A stretch of 64,000 bases of DNA, taken from NCBI GenBank assembly GCA_963848635.1, contig CAWKEA010000005.1:257526-321525 (forward strand), read 5' to 3'. Below, piece after piece: positions 45,968-54,464 of this stretch. Both the position numbers and the translations under genes were made by a program. Numbering within the stretch: position 1 is the first letter of the stretch; each line of letters starts with the position of its first letter. Below the pieces are notes generated by a model that saw only the letters and a program-made list of their open reading frames with translations, was not told the origin of the DNA and made no database searches. Source of the stretch: an uncultured bacterium (GTDB taxonomy: Bacteria; Patescibacteriota; Minisyncoccia; Phycocordibacterales; PALSA-1337).

Positions 45968-46879
45968 TTATATGTTGCTTCGGAGTCTGCTCACGTTGAG
46001 CTCGGCTTTCGTCCAATCATAATGCAGCGTCTTTTTCAGAAAATCATTGAATAGATGTATCTTGTCCCGTTCCAGCCTCGGGTACATCTTTTCCGCTTGC
46101 TTGCTGGAAAGGCGGATGGTCGGATAGAACGGCACAGGAAAGGCATAATAAGGGACGAGGTCATATTTGCCGGGCTTGACGACAATGACATTGATCGGCT
46201 CATTGAGCTTTTCGAGCGAGTAATCTATGCGATGGCTGCCGTCGCAGACGATATAGAAGTCGACCTTGCCGCTGAATCTTGATCCGTAGTTTAAAAGATG
46301 GGAATTATGATGCAAGGCGTCCATCTCGCGCACGGCGCTCACCTCATCTATATAGAACGATTCGAGATACCTTTCCGATATCTTGTGCATAGTATCCTTT
46401 GAATCCTTCACGTACAGGTCACCGAATTTTTTGAGAAGCTTCTTGAAATCTATATAGCCATTCTCCATATCATATGTATGCATCTCTATGATGGGCGGCA
46501 ACATATGGAAATCTCCCCTTCCTTCCCAATTATATTGGACAGCGCCCTTCAATTTGTTGACCCGCATATGATTCTTCTTGAGAAAAGAATCCACAGTCTC
46601 GATGATTTCGAGCTGGTTCAAATAAATAGTCGGCTGAGGTGAAAAGAGAGGATGCTTTCCTTTGCCGCTAATCTCGATTGAAGGAGACTCGCCGAGTATG
46701 CGAGAAGGATAAACTTTAGCCAAGGAAAACGTCGCGTATTTATACGGCAATGCGGCGCATCCTTTCTTGTTATAGATACCTCTGAACTCGATCTTCTTGA
46801 GGCGTTCGGCCAATTCTTCGAGATCCATGGTGTCGATAAGGGTGATTTTTTCCTTTATGATCGCGTTCATAACTCTCAT
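45968..46879 (-). CDS. hypothetical protein with ParB/Srx-like motif (IVCDGSHRIDYS)
   Basis: Start placed at MRVMNAIIKEK (RBS AAAGAGG upstream). The upstream extension in the ORF track overlaps dut and is not protein-like. The DGSHR motif resembles the ParB/sulfiredoxin nucleotide-binding fold. Confidence 0.5.
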   Translation of the reverse strand: MRVMNAIIKEKITLIDTMDLEELAERLKKIEFRGIYNKKGCAALPYKYATFSLAKVYPSRILGESPSIEISGKGKHPLFSPQPTIYLNQLEIIETVDSFLKKNHMRVNKLKGAVQYNWEGRGDFHMLPPIIEMHTYDMENGYIDFKKLLKKFGDLYVKDSKDTMHKISERYLESFYIDEVSAVREMDALHHNSHLLNYGSRFSGKVDFYIVCDGSHRIDYSLEKLNEPINVIVVKPGKYDLVPYYAFPVPFYPTIRLSSKQAEKMYPRLERDKIHLFNDFLKKTLHYDWTKAELNVSRLRSNI

Positions 46880-47010
46880 CTTACCTCTTTGGGAAAAGAA
46901 AACAAAACTGACACAACAATGATTATATTGTTTAGTTTTTAGGCGATAAGGCAAAAAACCGAGCATTACCGCACAAATTCCATTTGCTGTATAAAAAGCG
47001 TATGATACAG

Positions 47011-47433
47011 TCACCTCCCCGAGCTTCCGAGCCATTTGTCCCCTCTCGGCGAATCCGAGAGCGCATCGACTTCTTCGAATTCGGCTTCCTCGACTCTTTG
47101 GATCAAAAGTTGTGCGACTTTGTCGCCTTTTTCGAACTTGAATTCTTTATCAGAAAGGTTCATGACGCCCACGTGATATTCTCCACGATAACACGAATCG
47201 ATGACGCCTCCGAATTGCTTCAGCCCGTGCTTATGTGACAGGCCGCTCTTGTCCCAAACAAGAGCAACATACCCTGGAGGCAGTTCAATAGCAATGCCGA
47301 GCGGGATCGACTTGCGCTCGCCGGGGGCTAGCACGACCGTCTCGATGGTGTAGAGATCCATACCGGCATCTCCAGGATGCGCATATTTCGGGATGATCGC
47401 ATCTGGATGAAGCCTCTTTATCTTTAGTTTCAT
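47011..47433 (-). CDS. dut: dUTP diphosphatase
   Basis: AIIPKYAHPGDAGMDLY (motif 1-2), ...IPLGIAIELPPGYVALVWDKSGLS...GVIDSCYRGEYHVGVMN (motif 3-4 with the RGE). Confidence 0.9.
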   Translation of the reverse strand: MKLKIKRLHPDAIIPKYAHPGDAGMDLYTIETVVLAPGERKSIPLGIAIELPPGYVALVWDKSGLSHKHGLKQFGGVIDSCYRGEYHVGVMNLSDKEFKFEKGDKVAQLLIQRVEEAEFEEVDALSDSPRGDKWLGSSGR

Positions 47434-47439
47434 GGTTCA

Positions 47440-47466
47440 AGTATAACAAAAAACCGCTTCGAGCGG
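47440..47466. terminator. bidirectional terminator (ACCGC-TTCGA-GCGGT flanked by A6/T5) between rplK and dut
   Basis: aaaaaaccgcttcgagcggtcttttt. Confidence 0.7.
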
Positions 47467-47546
47467 TCTTTTTACATAAGCGATTCAGCAAATGATCCAG
47501 CAGGATCATCCTCGGGGCTCGTGCCTGGCTCGGACATACCTATGTA

Positions 47547-47972
47547 TCAGCCTTTTATATCGATGCCGAGCGACTTTGCCGCTCCGCCCATGATAGCCAT
47601 AGCGCCCTCGATGTCATTCGCGTTGAGGTCGGGCATCTTGCGTTCAGCGAGCTCTTTTAATTTTGCTTTGGTGATCGAACCGGCCTTCTTTTCGACATGC
47701 TTTCCTGCCCCCTTTTCGACGCCAGCGGCTTTCAAAAGCAAGTTCGTAGCTGAAGGCTGACGAAGGACGAACGTGTAAGAACGATCGTCATATACAGTGA
47801 TGAGAACCGGAACGACTTCGCCCATCATCGTCTTGGTGGCTTCATTGAATTTCTTCGTGAAATCACCTATGTTGATACCGGCCTGTCCGAGAGCCGGACC
47901 TATCGGCGGCGCAGGCGTAGCCTTGCCTCCCGGAATCTGCAATTTGACTTTTTTTACTATTTTTTTTGCCAT
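47547..47972 (-). CDS. rplK: 50S ribosomal protein L11
   Basis: [46 protein letters not shown] matches L11. Confidence 0.93.
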   Translation of the reverse strand: MAKKIVKKVKLQIPGGKATPAPPIGPALGQAGINIGDFTKKFNEATKTMMGEVVPVLITVYDDRSYTFVLRQPSATNLLLKAAGVEKGAGKHVEKKAGSITKAKLKELAERKMPDLNANDIEGAMAIMGGAAKSLGIDIKG

Positions 47973-47996
47973 GATGTTTGTGGGGTTTAATCTACT

Positions 47997-48542
47997 CTAA
48001 ATCTTCTTTACTTGCAAGAAATCGAGCTCGACAGGCGTTTCGCGACCGAACATGGAGACGAGGACTTTTATCTTGCCTCGGCTGTCATCGACTTCGGCTA
48101 CCTTGCCTTCAAACTCCTTGAACGGCCCATCGACTATCTTGACCATATCGTCAGCGGTCAGGTCGATGGCATGCTTGGTCTCTGTAGTGCTCATGCGCGC
48201 GAACAAGGCATCGACTTCAGTCTTGTCCAACGGGACCGGTACGACACCCGCTCCGACGAAGCCCGTCACGCGCGGAGTGTTGCGCACGACGTACCAGGAG
48301 TCGTCAGTGACGACCATATCCACGAGCACATAGCCGGGGTATATCTTTTCCTCCTCTTCGACGCGCTTGCCTGCTTTTATCTTTATCTTCTTTTCGACCG
48401 GAACGACCACGGCAAAGATCCTGTCCTCCATGCCGAGAGATTCGATGCGCTGTTTGAGGTTTCGGGCAACGGCATTCTCATAGCCTGCATAGGTATGGAT
48501 GGCGTACCAGTTGCGTTGTCCGTCAGTTGTTTGTTTTGCCAT
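47997..48542 (-). CDS. nusG: transcription termination/antitermination factor NusG
   Basis: WYAIHTYAGYENAVARNL (NGN domain) and a C-terminal KOW (DMVKIVDGPFKEFEGKVAEVD). Confidence 0.92.
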   Translation of the reverse strand: MAKQTTDGQRNWYAIHTYAGYENAVARNLKQRIESLGMEDRIFAVVVPVEKKIKIKAGKRVEEEEKIYPGYVLVDMVVTDDSWYVVRNTPRVTGFVGAGVVPVPLDKTEVDALFARMSTTETKHAIDLTADDMVKIVDGPFKEFEGKVAEVDDSRGKIKVLVSMFGRETPVELDFLQVKKI

Positions 48543-48642
48543 AGTGGTTTTAGTCGAAAGTCATAAGCCCCTAGCCGAAAGTCGGGAAAAAGACTTTCGA
48601 CTCGGAACTCGGTACTTTTGGCTTCAGTTAAATTTCATTCTT

Positions 48643-48819
48643 TTAAAAAAGTAACGTAAGGAGACGCGAGAAGATGAAGTCGAAGGCCCCGAGCAGTGCC
48701 GCGACGACCAGAGAGATGCCGATGACGAGCGCTGAATACGCCAGCGTCTGCTGTCGGGACGGCCATGTGACATGGCTCATTTCCGTGCGCGTTTCCTTGA
48801 GATAATCAGTCAATTTCAT
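48643..48819 (-). CDS. secE: preprotein translocase subunit SecE (59 aa; below ORF-track cutoff)
   Basis: Minus-strand MKLTDYLKETRTEMSHVTWPSRQQTLAYSALVIGISLVVAALLGAFDFIFSRLLTLLF matches the SecE pattern (E..KV.WP.......T..V) plus a single TM. Immediately upstream of nusG, as in the conserved secE-nusG-rplK cluster. Confidence 0.75.
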   Translation of the reverse strand: MKLTDYLKETRTEMSHVTWPSRQQTLAYSALVIGISLVVAALLGAFDFIFSRLLTLLF

Positions 48820-49030
48820 TGTATTCTTGTAATTTAAAACCCCTTCCCGGGGTTGATAGGGCTCATAGTACTCCTTTATAAAAATAAGTCAAATGACTGT
48901 TCGCGATATGATGGCATTCTATGAAAAGATGTGCTTTAATGGCTGAAAAGAAAGGAGCTCTTTATGATACGACATGTCGAAGGAAACATCCCAGACGTTC
49001 TTTCCTTAAAGAAGACAAATTCTGGGCGGC

Positions 49031-49267
49031 TTGCATTATCTGGTGCCTCAGGAGCTCGCGATCGCTATCCTTGAAAAACACGATATCGATGCGGCGCATT
49101 GGTGGAGGAACCAAGGCTTTCTGCTTCCAGGGTGCGACTTCTCGATCCAACTGGATGAAGCCAAGGTGGTTGGCAGATTGAAAAACATCGTTCTGAAAGA
49201 AGTCAGGCAATTTGTCGGTTTATTGGAAGTCGGCGTCGGCGCGCACGACTATCCAGCAAATAATTGA
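49031..49267 (+). CDS. hypothetical small protein (78 aa) with its own terminator (49286-49315)
   Basis: Protein-like composition. Followed by GACCAGGGG-CGA-CCCGGGTC + T7. Confidence 0.35.
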   Translation: MHYLVPQELAIAILEKHDIDAAHWWRNQGFLLPGCDFSIQLDEAKVVGRLKNIVLKEVRQFVGLLEVGVGAHDYPANN

Positions 49268-49311
49268 ATCGAGAGCACTCAACAGAGACCAGGGGCGACC
49301 CGGGTCTTTTT

Positions 49312-50187
49312 TTATCGTATCTCGTACGTGATCGATACGTTGTCAGTCACTTGTTGTTGGCCAGCAGGCACTTCTGGCGTTGGCGCAGATTTCGAGACAG
49401 ACCCACTGGCCGCCATCGCATACATGACAGGCTGGATATAGCCGTTATTGTCGTCAGAAAAACTAGTGACGCGGACGATCGAGACGCCGAGCTCCTTGGC
49501 CAATTCCTGTGCTTTTGATGTGGCGTCTGTGATGGCTTTTGAGCGAGCTGAGGCCTGCACTGAATCAGGATTGTCGACAGTGAATGATGGTCCGTTCAAA
49601 TCGCTGACGCCAGCTGAACCGAGTGCGGCGAGCAATGAGCCGGCCTTTGTCAGATCGCGGAGCTTGACGGACACGCTCTCGGAGACCTGGTAGCCTGTCA
49701 GAGTCTGTTTGCCCGGCGGACAGTAGACCACGGAAGTCGGCACAGGAGCGATAGAAGGGATCGCAACGCCGTTTACGGCTGATCCGGATGAGACGCTCGA
49801 ATCATAGATAGATGGAGAAGGACAAACGGCATTCTGATATTCATATTGCGGGCTTATCGAATATGACGTGGTCTGGATGTCCTTGTCCGCTACCCCAGCC
49901 GAACGCACGACCGCGAGAGCGCTATTGCCTTCTGCTGTCACCTTTGTCTGAGCATCGACAACAGCCTTTTCAGTGTCGCTCACGGTAAATGAAAACGTGG
50001 CGACGTCAGGAATGGCATATGCATCACCAGTACCGGTGACGCTGATGGTATTCACCGGCGAGGCGTCTCCGACATGCGAGATCGAAGCGAGCTCCTTGAT
50101 CGATATGACGAGGAGGAACAATATGAGCAAGCCGCCGACGCCGCAACCGATCTTCCAAGCTTTTATTTTGAGTTGTTGTTCGTTCAT
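49312..50187 (-). CDS. SIMPL-domain (DUF541/YggE-like) periplasmic protein
   Basis: N-terminal TM, then ISVTGTGDAYAIPDVATFSFTVSDTEKAVVDAQTKVTAEGNSALAVVRSAGVADKDIQTTSYSISPQY fits the SIMPL pattern. Confidence 0.7.
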   Translation of the reverse strand: MNEQQLKIKAWKIGCGVGGLLILFLLVISIKELASISHVGDASPVNTISVTGTGDAYAIPDVATFSFTVSDTEKAVVDAQTKVTAEGNSALAVVRSAGVADKDIQTTSYSISPQYEYQNAVCPSPSIYDSSVSSGSAVNGVAIPSIAPVPTSVVYCPPGKQTLTGYQVSESVSVKLRDLTKAGSLLAALGSAGVSDLNGPSFTVDNPDSVQASARSKAITDATSKAQELAKELGVSIVRVTSFSDDNNGYIQPVMYAMAASGSVSKSAPTPEVPAGQQQVTDNVSITYEIR

Positions 50188-50205
50188 GATTTTAAAATTA
50201 AGATA

Positions 50206-50391
50206 TTATTTCCATTTATAAAGATGCACTGCTATGTACATCGCGAGCATGCCGAGCGCAAATCCGCCGCAAACCGAAGAGAACGTTTTAAAGCTTGCGG
50301 TGCCGCCCGAAAACCATGCGACACCAAGGATAACTGCCCATACGATGGCGACAGCGATCACATAAATATATAAAGGCCTTTTATTTTGCAT
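50206..50391 (-). CDS. hypothetical small membrane protein (61 aa, two TM)
   Basis: YIYVIAVAIVWAVILGVAWF ... GGFALGMLAMYIAVHLY. Confidence 0.4.
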   Translation of the reverse strand: MQNKRPLYIYVIAVAIVWAVILGVAWFSGGTASFKTFSSVCGGFALGMLAMYIAVHLYKWK

Positions 50392-50461
50392 AGTTTTTTA
50401 AAGTCATTTTAAAGTCATTAAAACTATAGATCCTGTAAAATGAACGCAACCATTCATGGAT

Positions 50462-51334
50462 TTAGTTTAGAGACTTCAGTAGCTTTTGACTTTCTGGGCT
50501 CATTATAGCGCAATCGACAAGATTCTCAAAGAGAGCGAGAACCGTCATAGGACCGACGCCGCCGGGAACCGGCGTGATAGCGCCCTTTTCTCCCAAGACT
50601 GCCGTCACCTTTTCAAAATCGACGTCCCCGACAAGTTTGCGGCGGCCAATCTCTTTATTCAGACTATCACCGCACACCTCATTGATTCCCACATCGATCA
50701 CCACCTGGCCAGCCTTGACATGCTCCGCGCCGACAAGGCCCGGCTTGCCCACTGCGGATATGATGACGTCGGCAGAGCGCGTTTCTTTCACGAGGTCTGT
50801 GGTCTTGGAATGACAGACCGTGACAAAAGCTCCGCGAGCACGACAAAGGACGGCGATCGGCGTCCCGACGAGCGCGGAGCGGCCGATGACGCAGACTTTT
50901 TTCCCCATGAGAGGGATCTCGTAAAAATCGAGAAGCTCGCCGATGCCGCGAGCAGTCGCCGGATACAAGACTGCGTCAGCATCCTTTGATGGAACGACAG
51001 TGTCGAGTATGATCTGCTCGTCCATATCTTTTGGCAAAGGCAATTGCACGATTATCCCCGCAATCCCCTTGTCCTGATTCAATGCCTTTATCTCATCGAT
51101 GATTTCTTTTTGGCCTATGCTTTCTCCGAAGGGAACGAGCTTTACAAGCACGCCTATCTCTGAGGCGAACCTTTTCTTTGCATTGACATACGCTGTCGAA
51201 TCGGCCCTATCGCCGACTTGGATTATGGCTAAAACTAGAGACACGCCTCGCTCGTCTCGCAAGGATCTTATTTTCGCGACGAGCGATTTCTTTAATTCGT
51301 CCCGCGCGATCTTACCTGAGAGAATGATCGACAT
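50462..51334 (-). CDS. folD: bifunctional methylenetetrahydrofolate dehydrogenase/cyclohydrolase
   Basis: GIIVQLPLP, VIGRSALVGTPIAVLL-type Rossmann, PVPGGVGPMT. Confidence 0.92.
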   Translation of the reverse strand: MSIILSGKIARDELKKSLVAKIRSLRDERGVSLVLAIIQVGDRADSTAYVNAKKRFASEIGVLVKLVPFGESIGQKEIIDEIKALNQDKGIAGIIVQLPLPKDMDEQIILDTVVPSKDADAVLYPATARGIGELLDFYEIPLMGKKVCVIGRSALVGTPIAVLCRARGAFVTVCHSKTTDLVKETRSADVIISAVGKPGLVGAEHVKAGQVVIDVGINEVCGDSLNKEIGRRKLVGDVDFEKVTAVLGEKGAITPVPGGVGPMTVLALFENLVDCAIMSPESQKLLKSLN

Positions 51335-51393
51335 ACATGCAGAGTATCATTATTAAAAGAGAATTCCTACGCCGGGTCCTACGCCAGGCAGAT

Positions 51394-52377
51394 TCATCTC
51401 GCCGACCACCTCGCGAAGATGCCGCACGGCAGTAGCCTGGCGGTCGCGCTTTGTCCTAGTTTCGCCGGACCTTTTTGGGTCTCTTCTATCGTCAACTCGC
51501 CTGCCTCGATCGTACCGCCGAACTTATCCTGCAAAATTTTCAAATTATTCGCATAAGCGATTGGTGAATATCCTGCCGCGTATCCGTTTATCAAAAAGAA
51601 AAGCGGCTTGGCTGAGAGAAGCTTCACGCAATCATTGAAAAGCGGCACGAAATCTTCTTCTATCTTCCAAACCTGTCCTTTGTCGCCACGGCCAAATGAC
51701 GGCGGATCCATGATGATGGCATCGTATCGGCGCTCACGGCGCAATTCCCTTTTCACGAAATCGCGCGCATCGTCGAGCATCCAGCGGATCGGTTTTTCTG
51801 CGAGACCGGAAAGCTCCGCGTTCTCCTTTGCGCGAGTGATGGCGACTTTCGACCCATCAATGTGGACAACAGACGCGCCCTCAGCTGTACACGCGAGCGA
51901 TGCGCCGCCGGTGTAGCCAAAAAGATTAAGCACCTCTAGCTTTGAAGCTTGACCCCCAATTTTGGGCTTTGAGTTTTGAGTTTTGAGTTTTTCCTTCATC
52001 CATTCCCAATTCGCTTTTTGTTCAGGAAAAAGGCCGACATGCTTGAATGGCGTCGGCTCGACAAAGAATTTGAGACCGGCAAAACTGATAGGCCATTTTT
52101 CAGGCGTGCCTGCCTTCAACTTCCATCTGCCTTTCGAGCTTGCCTTGCCCTTTACATCTTCACCATCGCTTTCACTGGCGACACGGCTAAAAGTCCCGTC
52201 TGCCTTTGCCCATTCATCGGGCGATAGCTTCTTTTGCCACAAAGCCTGCGGATCGGGGCGCGACAAGACATATTTACCGAACCTCTCCAGCTTTTCCCCG
52301 TCGCCGGAATCGAGCAGTTCGTAGTCTTTTTCGGCGGACGTCGCAAGAATTTCGTTTTGCTTCCAAGATTGATTCAT
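51394..52377 (-). CDS. class I SAM-dependent rRNA methyltransferase (RlmI/RlmK-like)
   Basis: VLNLFGYTGGASLA (motif I), IIMDPPSFG (motif IV DPP). N-terminal PUA-like region. Confidence 0.75.
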   Translation of the reverse strand: MNQSWKQNEILATSAEKDYELLDSGDGEKLERFGKYVLSRPDPQALWQKKLSPDEWAKADGTFSRVASESDGEDVKGKASSKGRWKLKAGTPEKWPISFAGLKFFVEPTPFKHVGLFPEQKANWEWMKEKLKTQNSKPKIGGQASKLEVLNLFGYTGGASLACTAEGASVVHIDGSKVAITRAKENAELSGLAEKPIRWMLDDARDFVKRELRRERRYDAIIMDPPSFGRGDKGQVWKIEEDFVPLFNDCVKLLSAKPLFFLINGYAAGYSPIAYANNLKILQDKFGGTIEAGELTIEETQKGPAKLGQSATARLLPCGIFARWSAR

Positions 52378-52494
52378 GGAGCGATGATAGCAAACCTTGG
52401 CTCTATTAACAAATAAATCATCTCGATCACATGCGCACCTTTTTTCTCGACTAGCGAGCTTGCCACGTGGGTGGTTGTATACAATTTATATGCA

Positions 52495-52522
52495 TGTTTA
52501 CAATGTATATACATTGTAAACA
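52495..52522. promoter_or_regulatory. 28-bp perfect palindrome TGTTTACAATGTATA/TACATTGTAAACA (candidate operator), preceded by the palindrome TTGTATACAA (52475-52484)
   Basis: Read directly from sequence. The reverse complement is identical over 28 bp. Confidence 0.45.
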
Positions 52523-52751
52523 CAGACAAAAATAAGGGACACCCCCCCTACAGAGAATGATTAGTCTTGAATGATTTCAATCGCTCGATTGATTATTCTT
52601 TCGCCGATTTTCCCCCAATCAAAGTATTTTTTGTATTCTTTTGGATCGATGAGCTTTATCTCTGTCACGCTCCCAGCGGGATCGGAGACGAACGGCCCGA
52701 AAGGCTCGACGATGCAAGCGTACCGAATATGACTAAACCGCCGTCACAGTT

Positions 52752-53228
52752 TTATTCTTCCAACTTTATCTTCGGACTCCCAAACAGCGACCAATAGGAC
52801 AAGAAGAAGATCGTCATCGACAGCGCGGCGGACAGGAGACAATACTGGCACCACGCATGGATGATAAAAGCCTGGGCCGAAATGAACCAAATATCAAAGA
52901 GAACGCCAAAAACCGAAAAATGGAGCGCAGTGTTGAGGGCACGCACGTCCTTTGCTTCAAAATACAAAAAATACATCACGAGGAGGGCGAAATAAAAGAG
53001 AGCGCCGAGAAGCGCGACGGGCACGCCGAAGAGAGCCGAATACGCGCTTGTCAAAACAGTCTCGCAACCGTGAATGGTGCAAGGAGGTATCGCGTTGGCA
53101 AAATGCTCAACAGTGAGGTATGCCGCATCGGCAAAACCGGCCACAGCCAGGACAAGAAGGACCGGAACGAGCCACTTATGGTGTGGTCGAACTGGCGGCT
53201 GTTTGAATAGCTTGAATAAATTCATCAT
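52752..53228 (-). CDS. vitamin K epoxide reductase (VKOR)-family thiol oxidoreductase
   Basis: 4-TM protein with loop cysteines (PPCTIHGC) and the TM CxxC AWCQYCLLSA. Confidence 0.75.
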   Translation of the reverse strand: MMNLFKLFKQPPVRPHHKWLVPVLLVLAVAGFADAAYLTVEHFANAIPPCTIHGCETVLTSAYSALFGVPVALLGALFYFALLVMYFLYFEAKDVRALNTALHFSVFGVLFDIWFISAQAFIIHAWCQYCLLSAALSMTIFFLSYWSLFGSPKIKLEE

Positions 53229-53832
53229 ATGATTCTGGATTCTGGATGCGATAGCCGTTTATAAAGAACGTCGGCGTAGCATCGATGCCGGCCGCAGTCC
53301 CGACAGTGGCGCTGTCAGTTATCTTTTGCGCCGTCGTCGTCGAATTCATGTCCAAGGCAAATTGCGTCATATTGAGGCCGAGCTTTTGGGCATAGCCATT
53401 GAAGACAGTCGTTGGATCTGCCAAAGTATCCCAATCGCTACCGTTCGGATAGAGGAGCGCGTACATCTGCCAGAACTTGCCTTGATCGCCGGCGGCTTCG
53501 GCGGCTTTTGCCGCGGGAATAGCATCAGCATGTTGAGGCAGTGGGAATTCGCGGAAGACCATGCGCACCGTAGAAGAAGCGGCGGCAAAGACTTGCTCGA
53601 CGACAGGATAATAAGCCTGGCAGGCCGGACATTGGAAATCGCCATACTCAACGAGCGTGACCGGAGCATTCGGATTGCCGCGCATCCAATCAGCCGAAGT
53701 GACCGGTGCGGGCAGAGGTATGGCTGATTCGCTCGTCGTCGGATGTTTTTTCGACGCGACGACAAGCCCCACGATAATGAGAGCGACGATGACGATGAAG
53801 GCGAGCCATGTAAGGATTCTTTTTATGTTCAT
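53176..53832 (-). CDS. DsbA-like thiol:disulfide oxidoreductase (thioredoxin fold)
   Basis: N-terminal TM anchor and active site LVEYGDFQCPACQAY. Overlaps the VKOR gene, the usual VKOR-DsbA pairing. Confidence 0.85.
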   Translation of the reverse strand: MNIKRILTWLAFIVIVALIIVGLVVASKKHPTTSESAIPLPAPVTSADWMRGNPNAPVTLVEYGDFQCPACQAYYPVVEQVFAAASSTVRMVFREFPLPQHADAIPAAKAAEAAGDQGKFWQMYALLYPNGSDWDTLADPTTVFNGYAQKLGLNMTQFALDMNSTTTAQKITDSATVGTAAGIDATPTFFINGYRIQNPESYDEFIQAIQTAASSTTP

Positions 53833-53896
53833 ATGTTTGTTGTCGCAATTATACTTGAACTCGTCTGCTTCTGTCTAGCTCTCTTCCCTTCTTGGC

Positions 53897-54373
53897 CTAT
53901 GCATGATGATATTTTCCGCCCCGAATGATCTCTGCCGCGCGATAGATCTGTTCGACGAGAAAAAGCCTGACGATCGCATGCGGCAAGGTCATCGCAGAGA
54001 GGGAGACGATCTTTTGCGCTCGCAGGCGCACGCTATCCGTGACGCCATACGCTCCGCCTACGACAAAGACGATCCTCTTGGCGCCATCCGTGACTGCTTT
54101 GCTCAGCGTTTGCGAGAACTGCACAGATGTCTGTGCGATGCCATTTTCATCGAGCAAGATGACGAGATCGCCGTCGACGATCGACTTTAAAATCGTCATG
54201 CTCTCGTCTTTTTTATCGCCCGCAGAGATGAACCTCCACGACAGATCAAATCGCCCGCGGAGCCGTTTTTCGTATTCGCCGATCATGACAGCCATTTCCG
54301 GCGAATGCTTCTTGCCGGGAGATACGATGAGAATGTTCATATAAGATATAAAGGAGTATATCAGACGGAACAC
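53897..54373 (-). CDS. rlmH: 23S rRNA (pseudouridine1915-N3)-methyltransferase RlmH (SPOUT)
   Basis: MNILIVSPGKK...ILLDENG...IVFVVGGAYG...SLSAMTLPHAIVRLFLVEQIYRA matches RlmH. Confidence 0.88.
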   Translation of the reverse strand: MFRLIYSFISYMNILIVSPGKKHSPEMAVMIGEYEKRLRGRFDLSWRFISAGDKKDESMTILKSIVDGDLVILLDENGIAQTSVQFSQTLSKAVTDGAKRIVFVVGGAYGVTDSVRLRAQKIVSLSAMTLPHAIVRLFLVEQIYRAAEIIRGGKYHHA

Positions 54374-54464
54374 CCAAACATCGTTTTAATATGCTTTTGC
54401 CATAGGGCTCATAGTCGCCACGTCGTCCTTTGACCGATATTGGTGTGCAGACGCTTGCATTTAT

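Noticed and set aside
48012-48566. 184-aa plus ORF
   Set aside because: It is antisense to nusG.
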